64,000 nucleotides of DNA from Octopus sinensis (lineage: Eukaryota): the NCBI RefSeq assembly GCF_006345805.1, contig NC_043003.1:28892001-28956000 (forward strand), in the 5' to 3' direction. Both the position numbers and the translations under genes were made by a program. The notes beneath the pieces were generated by a model that saw only the letters and a list, made by a program, of their open reading frames with translations, was not told the origin of the DNA and did no database searches. The first letter of the stretch is position 1, and every line of letters starts with the position of its first letter. Below, piece after piece: positions 1 through 13,008 of the stretch.

Positions 1-3
1 AGC

Positions 4-77
<74 letters not shown>

Positions 78-579
78 CTGATTGATTGATTGATTGATAT
101 GTATGTATACCTTACAGGGTTCCGCATACATTTCGTCTCAGGAATAATCTACATTCGCGTGACCCTGGTCGGTTCGGATCTACATTAAAAACAGCAGTTT
201 TTCCCAAGGCCCCGTTTGGTGGCACCGACCCCGAAACCATGTGGTTGCAAGGCAAACGCAACAAAAACATCACAGTCATGCTTACGCCTATATCACCTGA
301 CAGAAAAATACACATTCAAAAATATACAGTATTATCACGGTTGGAACGCCATTGGTCATAGATTAACACGATCGCGCCTGACCTTAGGGTCAACGACACA
401 GATACCGTTGTTTACTGTATTATATACCTGTTGCATTATTTATTATCTTATTTGCACAAACTATTTATTACTTTTGCCACTGTTTTTCTCAATTGTAATC
501 AATAACAGTTGTTTTCTGTTGTGTTGCGCAATAAATCCTGTTATACATATATACATACATACATATACATACATATATA

Positions 580-585
<6 letters not shown>
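1..585. repeat. Copy 1 of a near-identical direct duplication (period 1413 bp); probably extends left of the window
   Basis: 1-585 matches 1414-1998 including the same (GATA)n length. Identical ORFs at 112..315/1525..1728 and shared starts at 216/1629. The copies diverge within the (TA)n tract. Confidence 0.95.
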
Positions 586-643
<58 letters not shown>

Positions 644-760
644 AATGCATACACACATACATATGTGCATGTGTGCTTCAGAGAAAATTGGAAACAAGTA
701 ACATCGTTTGTATAAGAGTGACGGACTTAGACAAAGTTCACACATAAATCAAAAGAGTAA

Positions 761-1088
761 AGACCTCCTTCGGTCGTGAATGATCATGGGATTCCACAGT
801 TAAAGTTACCTTCCGAAGCATAAATCCAGACAATGTTGTTTATGGAAGACCAGCAGTCGCCCATGCATACCAGCCTCCCCTCTCCATGCCACCGATGTTA
901 TCCAAGGGAAAGGCAAAGGGCCGATACAGTTTGGCACTAGTGACATAGCAAATCATTCCTACAGCTGGGTGAAGCAACGCGAAATAAAGTGTCCTGCTGA
1001 AGAACACAACACAGCCCGTCTGGGAATCGAGCTCACTACCTCATGATTGGGAGCCCAACGCTCTAACAACTGAGCCATGCGCCTTCAC
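761..1088 (-). mobile_element. tRNA-derived SINE, family A (head GAAGGCGCATGGCTCAGTGGTTAGAGCG)
   Basis: Reverse complement has pol III A/B-box-like head. Body aligns with copies at 26890, 38334 and 57095. Confidence 0.85.
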
Positions 1089-1413
1089 ACAAAAATATAT
1101 ATATACACACACATACATACACTCGCACACACACACATACACACAAACACACACACACAAACACACACACATGCATATATATATATACATACACACACAC
1201 GCACATGAAGAACTTCTTTCAGCATCTGTCTACCAAACAGAGCGCAGGATTACATAATGGTACTATTACCTAACACTCCGTTGAGCCCCTAGTGCGAAAC
1301 CGATTGGTAAGATTGACCGTAATGGATATATAATGCTGTACACTTCGATTAATGTGTGTATGTGTGTGCGTGTGTGTGTGTGTGTGTGCATATACATAGA
1401 TTGATCGATCGAT

Positions 1414-1416
1414 AGC

Positions 1417-1490
<74 letters not shown>

Positions 1491-1977
1491 CTGATTGATT
1501 GATTGATTGATATGTATGTATACCTTACAGGGTTCCGCATACATTTCGTCTCAGGAATAATCTACATTCGCGTGACCCTGGTCGGTTCGGATCTACATTA
1601 AAAACAGCAGTTTTTCCCAAGGCCCCGTTTGGTGGCACCGACCCCGAAACCATGTGGTTGCAAGGCAAACGCAACAAAAACATCACAGTCATGCTTACGC
1701 CTATATCACCTGACAGAAAAATACACATTCAAAAATATACAGTATTATCACGGTTGGAACGCCATTGGTCATAGATTAACACGATCGCGCCTGACCTTAG
1801 GGTCAACGACACAGATACCGTTGTTTACTGTATTATATACCTGTTGCATTATTTATTATCTTATTTGCACAAACTATTTATTACTTTTGCCACTGTTTTT
1901 CTCAATTGTAATCAATAACAGTTGTTTTCTGTTGTGTTGCGCAATAAATCCTGTTATACATATATACATACATACAT

Positions 1978-1998
<21 letters not shown>
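1414..1998. repeat. Copy 2 of the 1413-bp-period direct duplication
   Basis: Sequence matches 1-585. Confidence 0.95.
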
Positions 1999-2035
<37 letters not shown>

Positions 2036-2037
2036 CA

Positions 2038-2244
2038 CGAAGGGGTGCTGAGAAGTTCTTGGCTTTGCGTAAAAGAAAATACAGGAGGATCCGTTAATTA
2101 TGATTTTATTCAACATATTCTCCTCCCAGACTCACTCAGTTATTGCAGCGGTCTTCTGAGCCCCGTAAAAGAAATCGGAAGGTTAGACTCCAGCCAGGCC
2201 TTTTGCGATACCCTTAAAACCAGGAACCTTTCAGCACTCCCTCG
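2038..2244. mobile_element. Mariner-derived MITE (~207 bp)
   Basis: Imperfect TIRs CGAAGGGGTGCTGAGAAGTTCTTGGCTTT / AAAACCAGGAACCTTTCAGCACTCCCTCG, next to a (TA)n tract, no coding capacity. Confidence 0.75.
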
Positions 2245-2256
2245 TGTGTGTGTATG

Positions 2257-2292
<36 letters not shown>

Positions 2293-2342
2293 CATAAATC
2301 GCAGCATCTGTGTATATAATGACTAACGCATATATATATATA

Positions 2343-3329
2343 TTGGGTTGTCCGGGAAGTTCGTTCTGATTTTTAAAAGAAAGAAAAGGGTCAATAAATA
2401 CTTGCCATTACATTTTTAATCAACTAAATATGAACCATTTTGTTGCACAATGCGTCTCCATCTTTCCTTTAACTTGAAAATACCCTCTTCCCAGAATTGA
2501 GGTGGTTTCATGGCAAAGAATTCATCAAGGTATCTTTTTACGTCATACAAGTGATTTTTTTACCATTAAGACTATTCTGCAGAGACTTGAATAAGTGGAA
2601 ATCCGAAGGATCAATATCTGGTGAATATGGAGGGTGGGATAACACATCCCAGCCGAGCTGTAGCAATTTTTGTCTGGTTCCCAAAGAAACGTGCAGTCTT
2701 GCATTATCATGTTGGAAAACAACACCCTTCCTTTTGGCCAATTCTGGACGTTTCTCTTGGATTGCTGCTTTTAACTCGTCCAGTTGTGTGCAGTATTTCT
2801 CAGAATTAATTGTCTGGTTATTTGGGAGAAACTCATATAACAGAATTCCTTTCCAATCACACCAGACACAAAGCAGGACTTTTTTAAGGTGAAGACCCAC
2901 TTTTGGTATGGCTAAGGGTGGCTTATGTCGCTTACTCCAAGATCGCTTTCTCTGAACATTTCGATAGATAATCCATTTCTCATCACCTGTCGCAATTTGC
3001 TTTAAAAAAGGCACGTTAACATTCTGTTTATAAAGCGAATCACAGATGGAAATGCGATCCACTTCCGTACAGTTCTTTCGGATAAAGAAACATCGCCGTA
3101 AACTGCGCATATTTCTTTGGTTGCTTGTGAGGCATTTTTCCCTTTACGGAAAAAGAAAAGCATCAAGTGCCGAAAATGAACTTTCTTAAAGGGTTACAGA
3201 ATTAACACAGGTTAAACTGTGCTCTAAATGGAAGTGTAGTCAAATCCTATTTTGTGGACTCAACCATGTTCTAAAATAAGTCGAAAGGTAAGCCACTATA
3301 AATCGGCACGAACTTTCCGGACAACCCAA
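2343..3329 (-). mobile_element. Mariner DNA transposon, internally deleted
   Basis: TIRs TTGGGTTGTCCGG(G/A)AAGTTCG at both ends with flanking TA. Contains the transposase remnant 2538..3110. Confidence 0.92.
2538..3110 (-). pseudogene. Mariner transposase catalytic-domain remnant
   Basis: Motifs TGDEKW, KKVLLCVWCD, VFQHDNAR and HPPYSPDIDPSDFHLF. Confidence 0.92.
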
Positions 3330-3342
3330 TATATATATACAC

Positions 3343-3835
3343 ACAATTCTGTAAATAATAGTAATAGTATTTTATAAGTTTAACGTTTATAAGCGATCAC
3401 CACATATAAGCCCTCGACAGAAAAAAAGTAGGTTTTTCCCGGTACGCGTGGGACTCGAACCCACACCTCTTTGTTAATGCGATCAGTGGGCTACCATTAC
3501 ACCAACGGATCAACCTGCTTCGTTCTGTCAGGTTTAAGAACTACAATTAGTTCGTAGTTGTTTTTGTAAACAAATTTTCATGTGCTTTCACTGCGATGGT
3601 TTTGTTAAGCAGCGTCGATCTTTACAATTCTGTAATTAATAATAATAGTATTTTATAAGCTTAAAGTTTATAAGCGATCGCCGCACAATGACTAAAGAAA
3701 ATAATGTAATAATGGGGCATATAAGCCCCTCGACAGAAAAAAAGTAGGTTTTCCCCGTACGAATGCGACTCGAACTCACACCTCTTTGTTAACGCGACCT
3801 GCTTATTTCTGTCGTGGGCTTATATGCCCCATTAC
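3343..3835. repeat. Two diverged tandem units (~280 bp period) carrying a tRNA-like pseudo-head on the minus strand
   Basis: 3343-3530 is similar to 3625-3810. Minus strand 3430-3510 has A-box TGGTGTAATGGT and T-arm GTGGG-TTCGAGT-CCCAC, but a poor acceptor stem. Confidence 0.7.
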
Positions 3836-4419
3836 TAGACTATATATTTATTTATTTATTTATTTATTTATTTATCTATTTATTTATTTGCACACATGCG
3901 CACACCATCACACACATGCACGTGTATGTGTGTGTCCCTTAATGTGTGTATGCGTATACATTTGTGCAGAGGCCTAAGCCTACGCCATTTTTTCACGTTG
4001 TTACGTCGCTAAACTATCCATTCGACTATATTGTCATTCCGTCCGCGTGTCTTTGACATTTCATTTGAAACCCTCTGTGGTACCATATATCTCTCTACAT
4101 ATCTCTACATTTCTTTGATTCTTTCCTTTTTTATTTTTTGCCCGTTTTATATAATTTTTCCTCCATTAAACATATTTTCTTTTTTTTTGTTCACCCCCTT
4201 CCTCTCTCTGTTCATCTCTCTATCTGTTTCTCTCTCCCACTTTCTATCTCAATTTCCCTAAGACAGGTCTCTCAGTAAACATACTCAGTTAATCAATAAT
4301 GGTTAATGATTAATTACTAATTGCAATGGAGCAAAAGTAATGATTACAGTGAGATGACACTCACACTCCGGTTCAGTTTCTATTCCCGGTTCAAGCCAAT
4401 GAAATTAAAGCATGAGGGC

Positions 4420-4550
4420 GATGGCGTTGGTGTTGGTGGTGGTGATAATGGGAATGGTGGTTGCGGTTATATAGATGATGACGTTGACAATGAAGACGAT
4501 GACGACGACGACGACGATGATGATGATGATGATTATTATTATTATTATTA

Positions 4551-4584
<34 letters not shown>

Positions 4585-4660
4585 TGGACGGTGATGATGA
4601 TGATGATGATGATGAGGAGGAGGAGGAGGGGAGGATGAGAGGAGGGGAGGAGGAGGAGGA
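4420..4660. repeat. Compound trinucleotide microsatellite (GGT/GAC/GAT/ATT/GAG)
   Basis: Directly visible. Confidence 0.95.
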
Positions 4661-4899
4661 TGTGCAGCAGCATACATAGAAATAGCAAGGGTGAAAATAG
4701 AGGGAGTGAAATGAGACAAAACCTAAAAATAGTGTACAAAATATATGAAAGTATGTATAATGTATTTCTTCTGATGCAGGACAGCCTTCAACTAGTGCCA
4801 ATCAAAGAAACCCAGAGACCCAGAAATCCTTCAACTAGTGGTAATCAAAAAAATCAAGAAGCTTCTCTAGTACACATCAACCAGTTCGTTGTCATCGAT

Positions 4900-5680
4900 G
4901 CCTAGATTTTTCCCGAGAATATCATCAATCTTACCCACCGTTAGTTAGTCCTCTATATGTTGCTCACTTGGAAGAGCAATATATAGAACATGAACATCTG
5001 GCGAGATTCCATGCGCCATGGGCCCAGCCTTGGTCTTTGCTTTGTCCAGGACTACGGAAAGACGAGCTATACAGAAAAGCTTGTTTTACACCAACTGACT
5101 ATCCAGGAAATTGTTCATGAGTCGCAGCCTCAGTGCGTGCCAGCGCCTCAGTAACCACAGCATGCCGAGCCAGCTTTCTCGAAAGGAGCTGACAAAAGAT
5201 GAAGCGCCTGATCACTGCGACACGTCCTTTGTACAGGAAGTAGAACATCAAATGCTACAATATCATCAGATAAGATAAGGGGCTGGATACGACGATCAGA
5301 CAATTAATTTCGATGGATTTCGTCATCTCGGGTTAGCCTTTCAAGGATTGCTTTCTCCCTGTCAATATCTGTTTGAAATTGGTCACTCTGCTCGTGACTT
5401 CGTTTCAGTTGCTGCTCTACTAGTGACTAACCAGACCTCGAGCAATTTAACCGATTCGTTGTCATAGTGACTAACGATAGCTATTCGACTCACCACTCCA
5501 AACGCCAAACTATAAACCAACTGTCTTCTCCAGATTTATCTTTCTTTTACAATCGCCGCATATTCCTTTAAAATGGTTCTAGCCACCTCCACAGTGACGA
5601 CAGACATAGTTCACATAGACCGACAGAGACCTCTCCTATCCTAGTTCGAAAGGTGCGCTCCTCAAGAATTTCATGTACCT
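4900..5680 (-). pseudogene. Degenerate Tx1/L1-clade LINE ORF2 fragment (end of RT and downstream region)
   Basis: Manual minus-strand translation gives TILKEYAAIVKEKINLEKTVGL*FGVWSG, VKLLEVW, EVTSRV..RKQSLKG, FLYKGRVAVIRR and WLGMLWLLRRWHALRLR, with stops and frameshifts. Confidence 0.7.
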
Positions 5681-6060
5681 GAGTAGTACTTTATTTTATT
5701 GACTTGGAAAAGACGAAGGGTAATGTTGATCTCGGCGAAATTTCAACTCCGAACATAAAGACCCGGAACGAACGTTGCAATGTAATTTTGCCAATACTCT
5801 AACAATCTTGCCAAGACTACTATTAATACTCTCTTCTGATTGAGAGGTAATCGATCACATGAACCCCAGTACTTGATGGATATTCTTTTATCGACTTCAA
5901 AAGGATGAAAAACAAAGTCGACCTCAGCGGAACGTGAACTCAGAATGTAATACCCGAAGAAATGCCTCTAAGCATTTTGTCCAGTGAGGACGACTTAGCC
6001 TCCCATTCTGAGTTCAAATTCCGATGAGGTCGACTTTCTCTTTCGTTCTTTCATGGTCGA
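5680..6060. mobile_element. Cluster of short interspersed repeats (core GTCGACCTCGGCGGAATTTGAACTCAGAACGTAAAG)
   Basis: The same core recurs at about 13500, 17470, 26690, 35100, 37780, 45900-46330, 52600-53100, 54000 and 59760. Confidence 0.75.
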
Positions 6061-6169
6061 TGAAATAAATATTAGTTAAGCACACTGGTCGATGTAGCCG
6101 ACTGAACCCCAATAACAGGAATGATTACTATTATTACGACCATGACTATTATTACGACCAGATGTAGGT

Positions 6170-6187
6170 GATAATGATGGTAATAAC

Positions 6188-6244
<57 letters not shown>

Positions 6245-6347
6245 AAAGCTGATGATGATGATGATGATGATGATGATGAGGATAAAGCTGATGATGATGA
6301 TGACGACGACGACGACAACGACGAAGATCAAGATGATGAATACGGTT

Positions 6348-6379
<32 letters not shown>

Positions 6380-6380
6380 A
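6170..6380. repeat. (GAT)n microsatellite
   Basis: Directly visible. Confidence 0.95.
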
Positions 6381-7003
6381 TTAAGAAATTTTACGAATGA
6401 AGCCAAGAAAAAAGAGTTAACCATTAAGGAATCAAAACAACATTTGTTTTAGCATCAGGTGATGTAAATGGTGATGAATGAATGAGAAGGAGTGGTTGGT
6501 AGTAGGCGGAGGCAGCTAATAAAAAACGATTTCTTTATTTGAGAGACACAGAACAGTCGCAGGCTTGTAGATACCACGTGATATTACGTGATTCTCTTGG
6601 TTGATTTACTTCACTTAGCAGACATTATAGTTTATTACCTCACTCACTACTTCTTCTGACTATGTCTCTCACCAACCCTCTCTCTCCCTCTTTTTCTCTC
6701 TCCTTCTCTCTCTCTCTCTCTCTTTCTCTCATACACACACACACACATAGACACGCACAATCCCCTTTCCAACGATGTCGAAACAAATTCCCCCAAGAAA
6801 TACCAGGCACACCGCTGATACCCGGATATGTTTAAGCCAATAGCAATCCCCTGCTAGAGTGGGCTATGATTATGATGTGCAAAAATATGAGAATATGACC
6901 TTAAATGCTTCACCAGTTTGTGTTATTATGTTAGACATAGCCTTGGGACAAACAGGTCAAAACCTATCAAGGTGTGCACATGGGTCTAATATAACATATA
7001 CAT

Positions 7004-7076
<73 letters not shown>

Positions 7077-7097
7077 GTGTGTGTGTGCGTGTGTATA

Positions 7098-8080
7098 CTG
7101 GAGTTGACTAAATAATGGAAACACCTAGCATCATAGTATCATAATCTTGAAATATCTATAAAACGCCAAAAGCTTGTTTACTTGTATGTTTTTTATTTAT
7201 TATTAATGTTGCTTAATATGTTTTGCTAAAATTGCTGTTTCTTTTCAGATATCAACAGAAAAAAATAATTAAAATTCATTAAAATGACAGATCTATCAGA
7301 CTTTCAAAGAGGTCAAATTGTTGATGCTCGTTTGGCAGGCGTTAGCGTAACGAGAACAACCGAAATGTTTGGTGTATCAAGAAGTACTGTCGCGAAAGTA
7401 ATGACAGCCTTTGAGAAAGAGGTAAAAACCTCCTCGTCGAAACAAAACTCCGGAAGAAAACCAAAACTTTCAGATAGGGGCCGTCGGACTCTTACGTGAA
7501 TTGTTAGAAAGGATCATCAAAGTGCAGCTCCCAAAATTACTGCAGTGCTTAATAACCACCTCGAGAACCCAGTTTCCCTAAAAACTGTACGCCGGGAGCT
7601 ACAGAAAACCGGATTTTACGAGAGGGTTACAATCAGAAAACCACTACTTTCAAAAACAACCGTTGCAAACCATTTAGAGTGGAGTAAAAACCTACAAAAT
7701 TGGTTCCTAGAGCAGTGGAAGAATGTTATTTTCTCGCACGAGTCATCCTTTACCGTATATCCGACTACCGGCCGAGTATATGTGTGGAAACAGCTAAAAG
7801 AAGCATTTGACCCAGACTGTTAAACATAGAGGAGGATCTGTGATGATTGGAGGGGGGGGGGCTATATCTTGGAAATCTGCCTCCACCATCATCACCACAA
7901 GAAATGGAGACTGTTTTAGCTGAAGTATGGACAAAACCCCTTTGAAAACAATTCAAACTTTGTACGAGTTCATACTTCGTAGAATTCAAACTGTAATTAC
8001 TGCCAAAAGCGGTCCTACCCCATATTAAAATAAATTTGTTTGAAATTTTAAGGTGTTTCCATTATTTTGTCCAACCCCTG
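7098..8080 (+). mobile_element. Tc1-like DNA transposon, internally deleted
   Basis: TA-flanked TIRs CTGGAGTTGACTAAATAATGGAAACACCT / AGGTGTTTCCATTATTTTGTCCAACCCCTG. Split transposase: 7284..7499 (HTH, SGRKPKLSDR) and 7545..7823 (RKPLLSK, WKNVIFSHESSF). Confidence 0.92.
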
Positions 8081-8097
8081 TATATATATATAATATA

Positions 8098-8152
<55 letters not shown>

Positions 8153-8206
8153 GTTGTATGTATGTATGTATGTATGTATGTATGTATGTATACATGTCTC
8201 ACCACA

Positions 8207-8311
8207 GTCAAAATGACCAATCCCACAAATTTTCAGAACTTTTAGGATTTTATCCATTTTCCCGCTTTCACCTTTATGTTCCAGAAAAAATTCGTGGGTT
8301 GGTAATTTTGA
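8207..8311. repeat. Short imperfect inverted repeat (MITE-like)
   Basis: GTCAAAATGACCAATCCCACAAATTTT ... AAAATTCGTGGGTTGGTAATTTTGAC. Confidence 0.55.
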
Positions 8312-8398
8312 CTGCTACATTTAGCTTGCCGATACTGCTTGTTAATACCCTTAACTATATATCCAGACAGAGAGACGGATGGATGGTTAGATAATAGG

Positions 8399-8528
<130 letters not shown>

Positions 8529-8727
8529 TAGTGTTGTTACCTTTTCCCTAGTTCTCGTCATCATGTCGTTACATATACGCATGCATAAACACACACACAT
8601 ACACACTAATATTTATGAATGTATGTATGCATATATATATATATTATTTGTGTGTGTGTGTGTATGCATCTGTGTGGCGTGTATGCATCTTTGTTTATAC
8701 ATATATATACACATGTGTGTGATTGTA

Positions 8728-8770
<43 letters not shown>

Positions 8771-9080
8771 ACTCCTGTCACAACCTAGGACCTTGAAGAC
8801 TGCTTTAATGCAAGAATCTATACTAGTCCCTTAATATTTTATATTCGATATGTCATCTATTCAATAAGACAATCAATACTTCATTTCATTTTACTATATA
8901 TATATATATATTATTTTTACTATATATTTTATATTCCACCCCAGTACTAGTTTTTTGAGCCTGGTACTTATTTTATTGACCTCTTAGGTCGAATCGTTAA
9001 GTTACGAGGACGTTAACAAACCGACACTGGTTATCAGGCGTTACTAGGGACCTAACAGAAACACAAGGACTTCTACAGAA

Positions 9081-9139
<59 letters not shown>

Positions 9140-9435
9140 AGGAGAGAGAGGGGGAGAGAGGTACACAACGTGTTTCTACAAAGTTTTGTGATTGGATTTA
9201 GTTGACGGAAACTGAGAGCAGCCCGTAGTATATATATATATAGTCGAGATACAATTGAATTAAGTACTTAAGTTGAAGCGCTAAGTCAGTGTGGTATTAT
9301 CTGTACAACTCCAAGTAAAATCAAAATAAGCAACAGGATATCAAGAGTCGTACAGCATCACTGCTTGATATCCCGTTGCTTATTTTGATATATATATGTA
9401 TATATATATTCATATATATATATATATATATATAT

Positions 9436-9693
9436 CACCGTGATCACCGTGACCGACCAGGCTATCAGATGTTGCTACACATCGCTGGTCACAATGCGCT
9501 TCGCATTGTTTTAGCCCCGTGAGAGAAAGTTGTGGCGAAAGAGTACAGCAGGGATCGCCACCACCCCCTGTCGGAGACTCGTGGAGCTTTAGGTGTTTTC
9601 GCTCAATAAACACTCACAACGCGCGGTCTTGGAGTCGAAACTGCGATCCTACGACCGCGAGTCCGCTGCCTTAACCACTGGGCCATTGCGCCT

Positions 9694-9696
<3 letters not shown>
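9436..9696 (-). mobile_element. tRNA-derived SINE, family B (head GGAGGCGCAATGGCCCAGTGGTTAGGGCAGCGGACTCGCGG)
   Basis: A/B-box head on the minus strand. Homologous to 19456-19580, 32215-32603, 51786-52030 and the tail at 63633-63810. Confidence 0.85.
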
Positions 9697-9762
<66 letters not shown>

Positions 9763-10307
9763 CCCCCACACACACAAATATATATATTTATATGCAAATA
9801 TATCTATGTAATCTATGTATATATATCTATGAGTAAATATGTCTATGTTTGTTCCCCACTACCACTTTACAACCGGTGTCGGTGGGTTTACGTCCCGGTA
9901 CCTTAGTGGTTCGGCTAAATAGCCTGATAGAATAAGTACTAAGCTTTAAGAAAAATCGATTCGTTCGACCAGAAATTCAAGGCGGTGCCCCAAAATAGCC
10001 GCAATCAGATGTCTGAAATAAGTAATAAAGGCTACATATGTGTATATATGCAAATATTCTATAATTATAAACATAATTATAATTAGGGTCAACTAATTGC
10101 TTCACCACATACCGAATTTAGAAATAGGAGTTAAAAATTCCTTTTCTACTACTGTAAGAATCTCCATGACGGTAACACCCTTTTTTACGTAGGCAAAGAG
10201 AAAAAAATGAATCAACACGACTCCGATTACCCACAGACGCGTTACGAGATTAAAGTGTATATGTATATATATATGTGTGTGTGTGTGTGTTTTTGTGTTT
10301 GTGTGTG

Positions 10308-10353
<46 letters not shown>

Positions 10354-10557
10354 TACATATACATACATATATATATATATAATAATAATAATAAATATTA
10401 GGGAATAAATCCAAATTTACAGGGAAGTTAATATTTAACATTATAGTCGATTTCGATATAATCATATTTAATAATAGAGTTTATTATAAGTAAATTTTTA
10501 TTTAGATTATATAGATTATTTATATCTTAAAAATATTGATTATATTTTAGGTTTTGA

Positions 10558-10618
10558 AACCACCTGAAGAATGTCTCAAAGATGTGCTGAAATAAGACAT
10601 GAAACGATCGTAGTGGTT
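10558..10618 (+). ncRNA. Type I hammerhead ribozyme motif (minimal, Penelope-associated type)
   Basis: AACCAC-CTGAAGA-ATGTCT[loop]AGACAT-GAAAC-GATC-GTA-GTGGTT: helix I 6 bp, intact core, helix II 6 bp, palindromic helix III, GUA cleavage triplet. Confidence 0.75.
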
Positions 10619-10719
10619 ATTTATAATTGTTAAATTTCTAAATTTATATAAATTATTTTATGTATTGGCTTAAGTCTTTGTTTGATTTGCATAATAGTGG
10701 TTTTGTCTCTAATTTAATA

Positions 10720-10756
<37 letters not shown>

Positions 10757-10997
10757 AGAGAGAGAGAGAGATCAATAAATGGTGGGGTTGTGTTGACCGC
10801 ACGTGGAGAAATGATAAGTAAGGAAAAATTTTTTTTAAAATGCAGAATGCTCAAATGAAAGAAAATTTTAATAAAATGAGAAATTGATAAAATATATAAT
10901 ATATATTTTCATTATATATTTATATATTTTATCAATTTCTCATTTTATTAAAATTTTCTTTCATTTGAGCATTCTGCATTTAAAAAAAAATTTTCCT

Positions 10998-11027
<30 letters not shown>

Positions 11028-11028
<1 letters not shown>

Positions 11029-11155
11029 GGAGTGACTATCTGGTAAGTAGCTTGCTTACGAACCACATGGTTCCGGGTTCAGTCACACTGCGTGGTACCT
11101 TGAGCAAGTGTCTTCTACTATAGCCTCGGGCCGACCAAAGCCTTGTGAGTGGAAG
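11028..11155 (+). mobile_element. SINE family C head (GGAGTGGCTGTGTGGTAAGTAGCTTGCTTACCAACCACATGGTTCCGGGTTCAGT)
   Basis: Homologous to 28143-28525, 38897-39215 and 49478-49952 (minus). Confidence 0.8.
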
Positions 11156-11401
11156 TGGAGGAATCAAAATAGAACTGAGACAAGTAAGGATATTGTATTT
11201 GCAGTTCCATTATTTATGCAGAGTAGTGTATATGTAAGTTTCCTGTACCTTGTGTGTGAGTTCAAGTGCTGTTTATAACAGGTCATTCCAAGCATAGAAT
11301 CTTGTAAACGGTGTTATTCGATCGAGGGTTTATGTATGTATGTATGTATGTATGTATGTATGTATGTATGTATGTATGTATTAAATATGTATGTATCTAT
11401 G

Positions 11402-11434
<33 letters not shown>

Positions 11435-11939
11435 GGCGTCGATTGCGTGCAGAAAGAGTTCGCTTCGCAGCACAAGGCTGCACCATTGGCTAGTGTCTTC
11501 TATAGCCTCGCGAGTGAATTAGTTACACGGAGACTGTATAGAAGCCCCGCATGTGTGTGTATGTATATACTTGTTTGTTTGTGTGTGTATTTGTGTTTAT
11601 CCGTCACCCCGCTTCACCACTGGTGTTTGCTTACGTTGCCGCAATGGTTCAGACTTGAAACGAAATAAAAGCACTAGGGCAGATTCGATCGACTAAAACC
11701 ACAGTGACCGCAGGCTATTTGGTTGAAACAAGTAAAAAGATAAGAATAGAAGTGTGTGTATGTGTTTGTATGTTTGTGTGTGTGTGTGCGTGCGCGTGAA
11801 TCTGTGAGTGTCTGTGTGTGTGTATATATACACGCGTTCATACGCGTTCACACGCACACACACACACATATCAGTTTAGTGATACAAACAGGAAACATGG
11901 GAATATATATATATATATTTACTATTAATATGTATATAC

Positions 11940-11984
<45 letters not shown>

Positions 11985-12057
11985 CTATTAATAAAGATAT
12001 ATATAAAGCGTCTGAAGGGCCGAGGGTTTCGTGTTTCATGCGTAGGTACTTATCAAA

Positions 12058-12105
<48 letters not shown>

Positions 12106-12112
12106 GTATATG

Positions 12113-12176
<64 letters not shown>

Positions 12177-12632
12177 ATATATATATGCATATATATATAT
12201 GAGTTAGAAGAGTTATGCATATACACTTATGTAGCAAGTGTGTGTGTATGTGTGCGTGTATGAATGAATGTGTGTACGGTATGTATGTATGGTATGTATG
12301 TATTGCAGAAAACACCACCCAGCTGCCGAACATTTTGTTATGCTTATGAAATATTTGACAATCCTTCTTTTACTTCCGGTTAAAATTCCATGAGAAATAT
12401 TTCTCAGTTTTATCAATACAAATTAAACAATTCCAATCTCATATCTGTCAATACTCTTCACATTCTCACATTTTCGCTTTCTTTTTCTTCTTATTCTTCA
12501 CATATGTATTTGCGAGATTAACCGAGATAACGATAAAACTCTAGGTCAAATAAATAACTCACTCACATATCTTTATACTTTTGCTGTTGTTACTCACTTG
12601 CTTTGTTTTGTTTTGTTTTTCTTTTTCTTTTT

Positions 12633-13008
12633 ACATTGCTTGCATTTTCATGAATGGTGAATGAGTCTTTTATTCACCATCGGGTTGAGCTTTTTCGGAT
12701 AAATTCTTTCTCTTAGTGACGCTAAATGACGTCTATGATCGCAAGTTCTACAGATATTAGCAGTGACTACTTCCGGAACAAGGTGACCCTAGTCGATATC
12801 ATCAATAAAATACTATCTTACACATTGCTTGCATTTTCATGAATTGTGAATCAGTCTTTTATTCACCATCGGATTGAGCTTTTTCGAATAAATTCTTTCT
12901 CTTAGTGACGCTAAATGACGCCTGTGATCGCAAGTTCTATAGATATTAGCAGTGACTACTTCCGGAACAAGGTGACCCTAGTCGATATCAACAATAAAAT
13001 ACTATCTT
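12633..13008. repeat. Tandem duplication of a 189-bp unit (2 copies)
   Basis: ACATTGCTTGCATTTTCATGAAT...AATAAAATACTATCT starts at 12633 and 12822; only a few substitutions. Confidence 0.95.

Noticed and set aside
3430-3510. Possible true tRNA gene (also 20745-20820)
   Set aside because: Acceptor and anticodon stems do not pair; these are tRNA-derived repeat heads. The same applies to all SINE heads.
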